Shown: positions 1-12,780 of the stretch, one piece after another
Position numbering within the stretch: the first letter of the stretch is position 1
Layout: each line of letters opens with the position of its first letter
Source: Eledone cirrhosa
Taxonomy: Eukaryota
Length of the DNA stretch: 64,000 nt
Direction: 5' to 3'
Assembly: GCA_964016885.1 (NCBI GenBank)
Contig: OZ024742.1
Location: 212,040,001-212,104,000 of the forward strand
Translations under genes and position numbers: made by a program
The notes under the pieces: model-generated
The model's database searches: none
The model's input: the letters and a program-made list of their open reading frames with translations, nothing else
What the model was told of the DNA's origin: nothing

Positions 1-1324
1 TGTTACAATGATAATTGCTTGACACAATATTCAAAATAAGATTAAATATGCCACTAATAAATAGTTTTTTCTTCTCTCATTAAAACTTAAGTTACATGCA
101 TATTCTTTACAAATTACATTCAAAGTTTATATCAGGTTTACAAATTTTAGTGTTATTCTCTCTCTTTTTTTTTATTTTATTCATTATGCATATAATATAC
201 AATTTTATATTTGAAAAAAATAATATTGCATATATGTTACCAAGCGCAAATGATTGATTAGTTTTTACACATCAGTCTTAAAAATGTTCAACGACAATAA
301 GTGCAATAGTTAAATGATTAAGTTACTGGACGAATGAACCAAACAATTAGCTGTTTATACTATCATTGACCTATTATAAACTGATTTATCCTGAGCATGG
401 ACAAGGGCATGATGATAATCTATTTCTGTATATTGAATAATGTTTTGGTTTGAAATTCTGAGTATGTTATCAAAAATGACAACAAGCTCTTGAAGAAGGC
501 TAGAGAGTACAATGGCTGAAACATTGTGGCTATAACAACCAAATACTATTTTAAATAAGCCAGTGTATAATATTTATGATGCCTCAGAAATTCCCACAAA
601 AATTATCATTTGCCTAGCATTGGCTTCAAAGATAAGGTATATTTCTCTTCTTAACCCAATCTGAAAACAAATATTAACCTTCAAATATCTGCTTACAAAT
701 GTAAAATGATGGTACTCCAAGATCTGTTTTCAGAAAAGTCTAACTTATTTTAAGATTGAAAAGAAAGTGTTAGAAAACAGATATAATGATTTTTCATTTA
801 ACCAACCTGGAATTAATTTCTTTAAGTACACTTCTTTAAAACGTAGCATCATGTGTTTGGTGCATTAAAAAGGTATTATTTTAACTCTCTTGAAATGACA
901 AAATTTAGTTTTGATATATTATCTCAAGCATAAAAATGTTATTTTTTCCCTTTTTAAAATATTTTCAAACTTTTCTTTTGTTAATTAAAACAATGCAATT
1001 AGTATCAATTTTCACTCCTATCCTATTCTAACCTTCCTTTTCCTCCTTGGAGCTGCATCCTAAAGTAACCCCTTTTCAACCCATGTTTTCCTTCCTCTCA
1101 GTCTACACTTTACAACAATTCAAACTGTACATTAACTGCACTAAACTTAGCTGCTTTTATGCACCTCCCCCAGTATAAAGAGGCCTTAAAAGGATATGGG
1201 AACTGTCCCCCCCCCCCCTCTTCATACTAACTAATAAACAGAAAATTACAAAACACTTCAAAAATACTTTCATGCTTGGGGAGAAGGGCTAAGAGAATTT
1301 GATTGCTTAGTTCAACTTGGTGCT

Positions 1325-1770
1325 ACTTAGTGTGCAGTTTACCTAGTGATTTATAGTTCAACCTGCAGTCTACCAACACATTTACAGTGCAGTGTATAGT
1401 CTACCTGTACATTTACAATGCAGTGCGCAATCTACCAGCACATTTACTGTTCAGTGTGCTGTCTACCTGCACATTTACTGGTCAATGTGTAGTCTACCAG
1501 CACATTTACTGTTCAGTGTGCTGTCTATCTGCATATTTACTGGTCAATGTGTAGTCTACCAGCACATTTACTGTTCAGTGTGCAGTCTACCTGCACATTT
1601 ACTGGTCAATGTGTAGTCTACCAGCACATTTACTGTTCAGTGTGCAGTCTACCCGTACATTTACAGTTCAGTGAGCTGTCTACCTGCACATTTACAGTTT
1701 AGTATGCAGTCTACTGCACATTTTCTATCTGAGTACAATGTGCTCTCTGCATATGCTTTTACTGTTCTTT
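1325..1770. repeat. 31-bp minisatellite with 62-bp A/B dimer structure
   Basis: Alternating units CACATTTACTGTTCAGTGTGCTGTCTACCTG and CACATTTACTGGTCAATGTGTAGTCTACCAG, degenerate at both edges. Confidence 0.9.
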
Positions 1771-2324
1771 GTGCATTTATCTCAACAACAAAAACTATGT
1801 CTAACTGGCTAAACAGGTCAGATCTTCACAGCATAAACTATGGATGCTGCAATAGACTGCACACTTATGTAGTACCTTCTTTTCTGTCTTTGTGAATACT
1901 ATCACTCTTCTCTAATTATATTACATAATAAAACTTATGGACAGGAAGTATATCAAAGAGGCATCAATATTTGGGAGTGTAATAATTCAGGAAAGTATAT
2001 TGAATCTAACCAACTGTCAAAACAGTGTAAATACATTAATAAGTCTTTTAAATGTGACATTATGTTTATCTCCTTCTCATAGCAAACAATTAGAAAATTA
2101 TAAATATATGAATAAAACTCTGGGTCTTTAAAATTGTTCAAACATATCTGCTGAATAAAGTTCATATTACTAGAAGTGATCCTTCCCTTGACATTATACT
2201 GATATGTCAATAAATAGTAGGTTAGCAAATTCAGCAATGTCTGAAAATATTTTATTTTTCATATAGAGAATATGGGAAATGAGACAGTTATATAGATGTA
2301 GAGTACCAGTAATGGTTATATTAA

Positions 2325-2358
<34 letters not shown>

Positions 2359-2398
2359 GGTGGTAGTAGTAGTAGTGATGGTGGTAGTAATATTGGTG

Positions 2399-2430
<32 letters not shown>

Positions 2431-2460
2431 GTGGTATTATTATTGTTATTAGGAGTAGTA
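2325..2460. repeat. Compound (TAG)n/(TGG)n microsatellite
   Basis: Read directly; lies beside the donor site of the 2478-2663 exon. Confidence 0.9.
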
Positions 2461-2477
2461 GCAACAATAGCCATTAC

Positions 2478-2663
2478 CTGGGTATGTGTGTATCCATGCC
2501 TGGGGGTAGAGGAGGTTTGGGAGGTGGGGAATCATCAGGATCATCTAAAATGCTGTCAGAGGAATGGGATAGGGGGCCATCGTTGAGCTGTCTGCTGGTT
2601 AAGTCCAGGATCTCCTGCTCCCTGGGAGTCAATGGGATATCAGGTAGTGATGACCTTTTGGGG
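2478..2663 (-). CDS. RAPGEF1: RAPGEF1/C3G-like exon with Crk-SH3-binding PPPKPPLP motif
   Basis: Acceptor cattgttatag and donor AG|gtaatg; 186 nt, phase 2 to 2. Encodes PKRSSLPDIPLTPREQEIL...SPPPKPPLPP, resembling C3G LPLTDREVEIL...PPPKPPLP. Confidence 0.85.
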
Positions 2664-2909
2664 CTATAACAATGAAACATACACTCTCAATGATAAGGAA
2701 AAAAAAATAGCAGAAAAAAGACAGTAGTAAAAGTATTGAAAATAAGAAATATTTTGTAACCTAAATTAGTATTATTTTTTAAATTAAATAAAAAAAAAAA
2801 AAGCATGTCCTAAAAAATATCCAGTAGTAATCATAATCAACTATCTCTAAACAGAAGTATTATACTATAGTTAATATGAAACATTGGGAGATACAAAATA
2901 AATGACTGC

Positions 2910-3215
2910 TAAGTTTCAGAAGGTTGATACAATGTGGTAGAAATATATAAAGGGTAAAGGATGACAAATAAAAAAAAATCAAAGCAATATATTTCAAGGT
3001 TAATACCCTTTTTTCAAATGCAAAAAAAAAATTAACAATCTATGTGTTCATTTTGTTTTGCACCGTCATTGATTTGGCATTTGAAAAGAGGGTATTAACA
3101 CTGAAATATTATGTTGAAATATACTGAGAAAAAACATTACTTTGTTTTGTGTTTTATTTGTCATCCTTTATTTTTTATATATTTCTACTGCATTATATCA
3201 GTTTTCTGAAACTTA
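2910..3215. mobile_element. Foldback/MITE-like element
   Basis: Ends TAAGTTTCAGAA...TTCTGAAACTTA. Imperfect inverted symmetry continues inward (ggatgacaaataaaa/ttttatttgtcatcc; ttaataccct/agggtattaa). Confidence 0.7.
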
Positions 3216-5457
3216 TGCATCAGAAATATCATAGTATCAAGTAAATGATCAAACAGTAAATATAAATGTATATTCTTCATAGGATGCTTTTATATTTTAA
3301 ATTATTTTGTAAACTTTGTAGTGTGTGACATAATATTCCAGGAAAATTCTTTATTGAAAACTTGAATTGCATAGTTTAGAAAAAGGAAAATTCGAACTTG
3401 TTAATATATTTTAAATATTTAAAAATAATACAAAAAAAAAAAATCTTTAAACATATCAAGAAAATTAACATGGATTAATTTCAAATAGAATTTTAGGGAG
3501 GTTGGGGAAAGCTGAAGTTTAAAATAAATTGAAATTACTTCAACTCCTACCAAATTACACAGTTACTTCAAATATAAATTATTTATGATTTTCCCAGTCA
3601 AGAACATAACTAAAATATTTTCTCAAACTTAGAATAAAATGGCTCAAAGTTTGTGTGTGTAGGACAAAACAGAAAGATGATAACTGTCAGAAAAGCATGG
3701 GTTTAATAAACTAGTTGCATTTCCTAATAAAGGACTTTTGTGTGAAAAGTGGAGGTGGTGAAAGAATTTATAAAGAATTCTTATCACTTGAGAATACAGT
3801 AGAGCCACAAACCACTTATATCATAAACGAAACAATCATCCTTTATTTTCAATTTGACTTTTTTAAAATTCCACATACACACATATGCAATGCTTCCTGA
3901 GAAAGTTGACAGCAAGTAGGATTGTCCTTGGAAGAAACAATAACCACAGTTTTGTTCAGAAGACCAAGTAATGCCCAATTGAAAATGGGTAGTATATAAT
4001 GCAAATAAATTAATTCAATATGTAAAATGGATAACTTTAATAAAATATTATAAAACCCAAAATATTTTTGCTGCGCTACACACACACACATATATATATA
4101 ATATATATATATATATTTATATACACATAAACTCACACACATATATATAGTGAGTGACAGAATCAGAGAGGAGAATGACTGTGTAAATGTAAATTTCAAA
4201 TGGAGGACAGGACAAAGCAAACAACTTTTCTATTCTTCAGTTACTCATACATGGCAGTCTCAGTTTTTCAGTGGGCTGCCAGGTACAAGTATCTGATGAA
4301 CAGAAAACTTGATTGCTTTTTCCCACCTTTCATATATATATATATATATATAAATGAACTAGCATTGTTAAATACATGTAACATAAATAAACAAGAAAGA
4401 TAAAATAAAACAGTGAATGCAGGGTTGTATTGAATCTCATAATTTAAGTCTAACCACAAGCAGCTTCTTTCTCTTCTTGCTAGTTAGGCATGTTGACATT
4501 TTATAAAATTATAATTTTTGAAATAAATTGATATGTTTAAAGCTGTCAAAAGAACCAACTATTGAATTATTGATTAAAAAATAACAACAAAACATTATTT
4601 ACAAAATAATTCAAACTTTTGTGTTTAAGCCTCTGATGTCCTCCAACAAACTTCATTGTCTTAAGGGAAAAGGGTAAAACTAGACACCATCAAGGTATGC
4701 AACTATTTAGAAAGCACTTATATTCTAAAACATGTCTACTAAAATGATTGCTTAACAATTCAGTAGTTAGTAAAGAAGGCAATTACTTTTTTCTTTTACA
4801 TAAGTTTACTTAGATTTATAGAATGAATCAATATGGATGTTTGTAAAGTGAAAGAGTTCCAAATGACAGGGACTGAAAATCAAGTTAGAGTGTAGTTAAT
4901 TTAATCAATCCGATAGATATTTTATTCATAATATATATTAATTCAATATAATAATAGTAGTTTGAGATGTCTTGCTTCTTCTCCAAAAGCATTAGAAAAT
5001 AAAGTGGCTCAAAAATTGCTAGGAAATCATAATTTGTTTAATAGATACCTTAATGTGGCATCATAATGCATTTTACAAAACCTCAGCCCCATTTTGCTAA
5101 TAACAAGGGTGTAAGTTGTCTTAACTTCACTATATATATTTTTTTGATTAGGTACAGGGTAAATTTTTATAAAAGAGGATATATTGAAATTAATTTGATC
5201 TCAGTAAATTTGAGATATTTCATTAAAACAGCTACTCCACCTATCTACTTACTGTACCAATTATACTACATTAATTACAAAAAAAAACCCCTTTGAATAA
5301 TTTACTTTGTTAATTTTAACAGTATTTTTTTTTTAAATCGAAATAATTTTGTGTAACAAAATATTCCATGAAAACTGTTTATTGAAAACTTGAATTGCAT
5401 AATTTAGAAGAAAGAAAATATCCAAGTCTTTAATATATTATAAAATAATATAAATAA

Positions 5458-5565
5458 TAATTGTTTCTACTTTTGGCACAAGGCCAGCAATTATCCCAGT
5501 GTATTACTGGTACTTTATTTTATCGACCCCCGTAAGGATGAAAGGCAAAGTTAACCTCGGCGGGA
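5458..5565 (-). mobile_element. SINE 3' fragment (Meta/Sauria-like central domain family)
   Basis: Reverse complement contains GCCTTTCATCCTTACGGGGGTCGATAAAATAAAGTACCAG, shared with the 16199, 21133 and 30945 copies. Confidence 0.7.
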
Positions 5566-5914
5566 AACTTGAAATAGAACAACAAAATTGACATGGATTA
5601 ATTCAGAAAAAAATCTGAAATTAACATAAATTGAAATAACTTCAACCCCTATCAAATTAAACAGTTACTTCAAATGCAAAATTATTATGATTTTCCAACT
5701 TTATTATCAAGAATAGAATTAATAGTTGAGATATTTTCTCAAACTAATAACTAGATTTTTATATTTACAAAGTATTTAAAAGTGTGAATAGAAAGAATCT
5801 AGCTGTTTAAATTGCAAATAAATATTGAGGAGTAGAAAAGTTTAATTTGGTTTTTGTAATAGTCATCAAACATGTTAAATGTAAATGATTCAACACTGAT
5901 ATTATGCACCTAAT

Positions 5915-6040
5915 GAAGGTGTGTGGCCAAGTGGTCACGGTATTGGACTCGTGATTATCAGGTTGTGGGATTTGATTTCTGGAGCAGGTGATGTGATATT
6001 AAGCAAGAAGCTTCATTTCACATTGTTTCACTTGATATGA
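5915..6040 (+). mobile_element. Degenerate tRNA-derived CORE-type SINE head
   Basis: A-box-like TGGCCAAGTGG; similar to the copies at 35510 and 44321-44664. Confidence 0.55.
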
Positions 6041-6929
6041 TTGAGGACAAGTGAGAAACCACATAGGCATGAGCTGGAAATCTCATTCTTTCATTTTACC
6101 TAGTATTTCAGGTGAAAAACCACACAATGCAGGATCATTAGACAAAGAACAGAGATAATTAAGTCAAAGAAAACCAGCAATTTCAAACAATTGACCAATT
6201 TCCTCAGTTTAATCCTATTTCAAATTCAATGTAATGTTTCTTTCATTCATGGTTTGATGAGAACTAGTTAGTGTTTTAGCAACAATTGTTGTGATAAATT
6301 AGAGGAATTAATTTGTTCTTAGTACATATTACTAGTATTTATTACACCAGGCAGGATTTTAAAGTTATGAATAACTGATTTGTTATTAAGACACCAACCA
6401 AATGTTGATGGTTACTATGAAAGCTACTGCAATTATGTCAAATTTTGGAATTTCGATATTCCTTTGGAAATGAAGCTATAAATATAATCTATAACAAAAA
6501 TCATATGTAGTCCTAGTTACACTGAGCCTTTGATTATAGATATGCTTGATCAGCATTGATTTGGGATCTTTATGGTTTAATAAGAGGAAAGGGATAGTAT
6601 ATTTGGATGTCTATTAACAAACTTGTAACCTTCTTTAAAATAGAAACCAAAAGTCCAAAATATTTCAAACAGGTTTTGTAGTTGAGTAAACCATTGGAAA
6701 TAATTCAAATTGTGATTCAAAGTTAAAATAATGCTCATCTGGCCATTTTCAAATGGACTTGAGTCATCTGGCAAGCTGTATTCTTTTACTGGTTTCAATC
6801 AATGAATTTTGATCATGTCTTCTAGGTTACAGTTGACTACATAGATTCCAAGTTACAGTCCGTAAAGGGACAAAGCCAGTATGGAATCAAATGCTACAAT
6901 GTATTTTGTTTGATGTTCTACTCACTTAG

Positions 6930-7240
6930 AAATACACACACACACAGTACTGGAGTTACAATAAAATGCACCCAGCCCACTCTGTAAAGTAATAGTGCTG
7001 GTGCCATGATAAAAAACACCCAGTCCACCTGTAAGGTGGTAGTGATGACACAATAATAAAATGCACCCAGTACATGCTGTGAATTGGTTAGGATTAGGAA
7101 GGGCATTCAGTCATAGAAGCCACGCCCAAAATGGAATGTATAAGCAAGATGTGGTCACCTGATCAGTCTAGCCTCAGAATGCGACAACACAGCTTACTCA
7201 TGCCAGCATCGAAAACATTAAATGATGATGATGATGATAT
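6930..7240 (+). mobile_element. RTE-type 3' UTR/tail fragment
   Basis: cacccagcccactctgtaaag repeats, ttaggaagggcatt motif and (GAT)n tail as in the full RTE copies. Confidence 0.65.
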
Positions 7241-7276
7241 ATAATTCTCTCTCTCTCTTTCTCATATATATATATA

Positions 7277-7847
7277 AGTATGTATGTATGTATACGTACA
7301 TACATATATGTATACAGACGTACAGTAGTATGTATATATATACATACATGCACACATATATATATATGCACGTATTGGTTTACCGAACATTTATTAAAAT
7401 GCTCGGTTTGTTTGTTTGTAAACAAACAAACAGCCCAAATTACGCCGTACAGTGTTTAGGCAACGACGTCACCTTTTTGTTCAACACTGACACAGGAACG
7501 ATGTACTAGTTTCAAGCTTATTAGCTATCGTCAGCATCGTATACCTTCCTGCCAGATGGTTGAACGTCTGAAAGTATATACTTTCCTTATGCATATTAAC
7601 GGTTGAGCAGCCTAATTTGCATATCGAGTGAGTTCAGTCGGCCGGGCACACCGAAAACGATAAATGGAATAGAATGAAATGATAAATGGAATAGAATGAA
7701 ACCGATACGTGCATATATGTATATATATACATACTACTGTACGTCTGTATACATATATGCATGTACGTATACATACATACTTGCATTTAAGTAAGTGCCG
7801 TACTAAGAGTGAGAAATGAAATTTCATTTCATTCTATTCCATTTATA
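7277..7847 (-). mobile_element. Retrozyme-like repeat copy with inverted terminal segment
   Basis: Reverse-complement homolog of the 34317-35107 unit. 7700-7847 is an inverted piece of the same unit. TA-flanked. Confidence 0.75.
7495..7549 (-). ncRNA. Type I hammerhead ribozyme (minimal, palindromic stem III)
   Basis: GGAA-GGUAUA-CGAUG CUGACGA UAGCU AAUA AGCUU GAAAC UA GUA CAUCG-UUCC: full core, 5-bp stem I plus 4-bp extension. Confidence 0.8.
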
Positions 7848-8404
7848 TATATAACAATGGGAGGATTCCTTGTGGGCATTGAGAGGTGACTACAGTTAAA
7901 AACGTTACGCAATACATTGGTAAATATATATAGGCATCTTTATTATATGTGAATGCAGATACACCTAGAACAAACACAAAGTATTCACTGAATGTCACTA
8001 TATGTAAGTAATGCACTCTGAAAACAAAACACCCATGAGTAAACCCACCGAATGCCAAACTAGTAACTAATAGACTCACTAAAACAAAGCCAATTACAAA
8101 CTAAATGTCTATACTAGATCCAAGACATCATCCATAATTCCTACCTCAAACATTATCCATATTTCCTGACTCATACTCCATAAACCCAACCACCAACCCA
8201 TTCTAAATACCAGTATGGTGGGGAGACACTTTTTCAAGCTGCAGCCGTTATATTACGCAGTTTCTGTATAAGAAGACACTAAACAATATCTATATATTTC
8301 AAAACTGGGTGTTTTTCCCCTCATTTATTACCCTGTTTCTTCCTCTTCTCACTGTTTATCTTTTTATTTTATTTTTTCAACTTCTTTTCTTTATATATAT
8401 GATG

Positions 8405-8550
8405 GACTTTCGCACAGTTTCAGTCTCCAAAATTTCCCTGCCAATACTTTGGTCAACCTGAGACTATGGTAGAATACTCTTGCCATAGGTGCCATGTGGT
8501 GAGTTCAAACACAGAAACACGTGACCATGAAACAAACTTCTTAACCACTG
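8405..8550 (-). mobile_element. Degenerate tRNA-derived SINE
   Basis: Reverse complement begins GTGGTTAAGAAGTTTG (A-box-like); related segment at about 12155-12250. Confidence 0.5.
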
Positions 8551-8798
8551 ACTATTTATGTGGTTATCATGTACATGTAACATTGAGTCACTTTACACGT
8601 ATTATCACAGTATTACAAACCAACTTTGAATGGGACCATATAACTCAAATTGCCACATTTTCAAAAATGTACTTGCTATTTTTTCTGTCAGTGCATATGC
8701 ACTCGTTAAATACTCGATACTTCAAAGTAGTTCACTATGAACTACTTTGAAGTATCATAGAGATTGGTTGTATTTTGTGTGATTATCTTAACCCTCAA

Positions 8799-9768
8799 AA
8801 CGGAGAGCCCAAATGAACATTATCGACACATCATACTTTTTTTATTTTAAAAGAAGAAAGAAAGCATCAGAAACTTGCAGGAACATATGCTCTGTGTGCG
8901 GAGAAGATGCTGTTACAGAACAGAGTATGCCAGAAGTGGTTTTCAAGATTCAGATCAGGAAATTTTTCAATTCAAGATGCACTTTGTTCTGAATGGCCAA
9001 CTGTGGTTAACAGCGACCAAGTGAAGGAGATGGTTGACACCAACTCCTGTCGTACAACCAGGGAGATTGTAGATATTCTCCAGATATCCAATTCAAGTGT
9101 TCAAAACCATCTGCATAAATGAGCAGGTTCAAATTTTGGGTTCCCCATGAACTGAAGCCAACCTCACTCAATGGATTTCCATCTGCAATTCCTTGCTTCA
9201 ATGTGAAGAAAATGATCCCTTTTTGAAGAAAATGGTAACTGGAGATGAAAAATGGTTCATCTATGTGAAGCGAAAATGATCATGGGGCAAGCGCCAAGAA
9301 TCACTACAAACAAGATTAAGCTTTTAATTTGGTGGGTTTGGGAGGGTGTTGTCTTTTATGAGCTTATTCTCACAAATAGAACCATCAATTCAGATTTGTA
9401 CTGTTAACAGCTGGATAAATTAAATGCTGCGATACGCCAGAAGCGTCCAGAACTTGCTAATTGAAAGGGTATGGCCTTTCAGCAAGACCACAGACTTGCA
9501 GATATGGCAGAAATTACTAGGGCTTGACTGGGAAGTTTTGCCTTAACCTCCATATTCTCCCAACTTTGCTCCTTCAGATTTCCACCTGTTTTGGTCTCTA
9601 CAAAATTCTTTGAATTGCTAGATCTTCAATTCTTTAGAAGATGTGAAAATTGATTTGGAAGGGTTCTTCACCAGTAAAGACAGGAAATTCTTTGAACAGG
9701 GAATAATGGATCTACATAGAAGATGGCAGAAGGTACTGGAACAAAATGGCAAATATATCTGATTGAAT
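8799..9768 (+). pseudogene. Mariner transposase pseudogene
   Basis: Fragments KWFSRFRSGNFSIQD, WVPHEL, MVTGDEKW, PYSPNFAPSDFHLF and RRWQKVLEQNGKY, broken by stops and frameshifts. TIRs not confidently delimited. Confidence 0.9.
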
Positions 9769-10249
9769 AAATTGCTTTGGGTTTAAAACTGTGTCTCATT
9801 TTCACTTAGTAAACCGACAGACCCAGTACATACATTGGATGCTTATTCTGCATCTGGAAATGCATTTTAAAAAAAATGCTATACATGTTATCTGATTGTA
9901 TGCAGCAGTCTCTCAGGAAATTAAAACCCTATTGTTCAATTGTAAACCCCCCCCCCCACCCCAAAAAAAATGACATTTAATATCAATCTTAATATTACAT
10001 TGAATAATGAGGTTACATGTGTCCTTGGGCATAGGATAGAAGCTTGGGTATCTTGTAGCTGAGCTGGCTGCCAAAAATATTTAACCAGTAGCTTAGTGGG
10101 TGTATACTAACACACACACATATATGTATCCATACACGACATATATACATATATATGTATGAATAAATACAATACAATGCCATACCATATGAGTCTATGT
10201 ATGTATATACACACACATATTTTAATAAGTTAGTCAGTAGATGAAGGAC

Positions 10250-12780
10250 AACACTCATCATCTTTACAAGCTCTCCTAGACTGGTAAGATCAATAGAGAT
10301 GATGTTCAGTTTAAAGATATCTTGCAAGTAAAAGTATTTAATGGATATCTGGAAGGTGAGGAGAGTAGGTGAGATCAAGAATATGTAAAGGGTCCAGAGT
10401 GGAGGGAAGATACAGCTAGTTTGTTTAAAAGAATGGCATCTTGAAGTAGTGGTAGAAGGGAAAGAAAGAAAAAACTTGCAACTCTGAGCTAGTATGGTTG
10501 AAGTGTACCAGTGAGAGAATCTTTGCCAATCAGTTGAATGATCTTATTTTGGATGAAGTCCAGAATATTTGTGTGCAAAGCAACAGCAGTGTCGGTGTGA
10601 GTAGTTTTCTAATGAGTGGGTCTTACTTGATCTTTGTAGAGGGTAAGCAACTGAACATTAGCATATTTTAAATGAAAGACACTGTTTATGATTCTTGAAT
10701 CATTTTCAAAATAAAAAATTGGGAGGGATTTAGTAATATAATTAAATTTCTCTTTATTAAGTTGGTGTTTAGAGCATAACTTAAATTTTTTTTTCATTAT
10801 GATAGGCTTTTAGATAACTATAAACACCTTCAAATAAATTGCTTTGTAAAGACCCCCTTCGGTCACAAATGACAATGGGATTTGCACCTAGAAAGCTCTT
10901 TTCTGAGGCGCAAGTCTGGGCATGGTTGCTTGTGGAAAACCAGCAGTCACCCATGCATACCAGTCTCCCCTCTCCACACCACCGATATTGTCCAAGGGAA
11001 TGGCAATGGCTGATACAGCTTGGCACCAGTGATGTCACAACTCATTTCTGCAGCTGAATAAACTGGAGCAATGTGAAATAAAGATATATATATATATATA
11101 TAACTACTAACCTATTGCTGATTTTTAACATCTCAAAAATGATGGGAACAGTTCTTAGCAGCCATCTTAACCCCCCCCCCTCCAATCTCTCTCAATGACT
11201 AACTATGTTTTTTTTAAGGATATCTCCTGGCTAAATTGCATACCTCTAATCTCCACCTGTTTCATTTCTTTGATCACAAGTTTTTGTCAGATGGCACCAT
11301 TGCAGCCATTAAAACTCTAGTTTACATTAAGGTTTTGTTGTTTCCCATACTTTTCCTTTTGTATATTAATGACCTACCTGCTGTCAATTCTAATAACACA
11401 CACTCCTGTATATATGATATCATTCTTCCTTAAACATCTGCACCTAGGTACCTTCCACAATCTATGTAAATACTTCACACAGGGCCTATATTATCTCCAT
11501 TGAGAGCATCCTTCAATATGAATACAATAACCTGGTCTCTTTCATCCTCTCTACACATAAACAACATATAACTAAAATGAAAAGCCTCAGAATCTTTAGA
11601 GATTTCTCATGGTTGCCTCACAAAGAATATTTCCAAAACTGCATAAAAAAGACTAGCCCCCCCCCCCCATTCTTTTGATAGCAAACCTCCTGAAACTGCT
11701 GCTGGTTCTAGTTTACAAAGCTATTTATTTGAAAGTGTTTATAGTTATCTAAAGAAAGGTTTTGTGGTATTTATTCAGCAACAAGATATAGTCATCATAT
11801 ATACCTAGTTCATAACAACCTCACACCTTTGGTATTCCAAGTTAACTAACAAGTTGGAACAGATTAACCAAATAGTTTCCTTGTTTCAGTAGAGGCAAAG
11901 AACACTACCGACAAAACTAGGAGGAAGTCAGAAGTTACACTTACTCCCAACAACTGAAAGTTGTATTTAGAAGCAAGAATACAATCAGAAAAGCAAAGTA
12001 TGCCCTCAAGCATCACATAACCTGCCAGCCTCTCCTTTATATACTTTGCTTTTCTTCACAGAGCACTGTTGACTTAGTTTCCTGAGCATTGTTTATATCC
12101 TCCACTGATATACATTAGAAAAAGATGTGCACACACATGTGTGTGTGTATACAACAAGCTTCCCACACTGTTTTTGCTGACCAAATTTCACTCCCAATGT
12201 ATTAGTCAACCCTAGGCTACAGAAGAAGACACTTGCTCAAAGTACCACAAGCCTGCATGTTGATTAGGTAGAGGTCAGATCATTTGATGGGTCCAGAGAT
12301 TAGGATGTCCAAGGTGTTATGATGCCCAAGAGTGTATGTAAAGGATATGGGGAAGGGTGAATACTAACTAGAGCAAATAATTCAGAATAGCTATTAAAAG
12401 AAAAGCTTATGTCAGCAGCCTGAATTAGGAAGGAGTGCAAGAGCCAGTAGGAGTTGTATACATTAAAATGACACGGGACGGTGGCTAGAGAGAGGGTTGA
12501 GGCAATAGGGGATGTGAAAGAGTTTGAAAACTGACAGAATTTAGAGGCATAGAAAAGACAGAGGCTTGGGAAGTATTTCTGATGTGATCCAGGTTATAGA
12601 AGTGAGTAGTGTTGAGAGTAAATTCTACATATCTCCAAACATCAGAGAAAAGTTAGAACATATGAAAAAATATAGTTTAGACAGAAAAGATAGGTTAGAG
12701 AAAGATGTGAGATTATGTCTGTAATTTGAGATTGTGTTGGCAAAATCTCCATGGAGGTTATTTTAGAGTAGGGAGAATTC
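10250..12780. mobile_element. Old, heavily decayed LINE remnants (L2/CR1/Jockey-like) mixed with SINE pieces
   Basis: LLFPILFLLYINDLP RT-like remnant near 11335-11380 (+). APE-like remnants on the minus strand near 10300-10780 and 12300-12700. SINE piece at about 10840-11085. Confidence 0.4.

Noticed and set aside
488-535. TTGAAGAAGGCTA...TGGCTGAAACATTGT hammerhead-like remnant (a similar weak string lies near 32905)
   Set aside because: The core is mismatched, with no closing stem I or cleavage triplet; at most a decayed remnant.
1325-1770. Regular 31-bp repeats resembling a CRISPR array
   Set aside because: No unique spacers, no cas genes and a eukaryotic intron context.
6577-6798. Short minus-strand ORF as a candidate host exon
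   Set aside because: It has no suitable GT donor, and the phase gap is already filled by the 16673-16767 exon.
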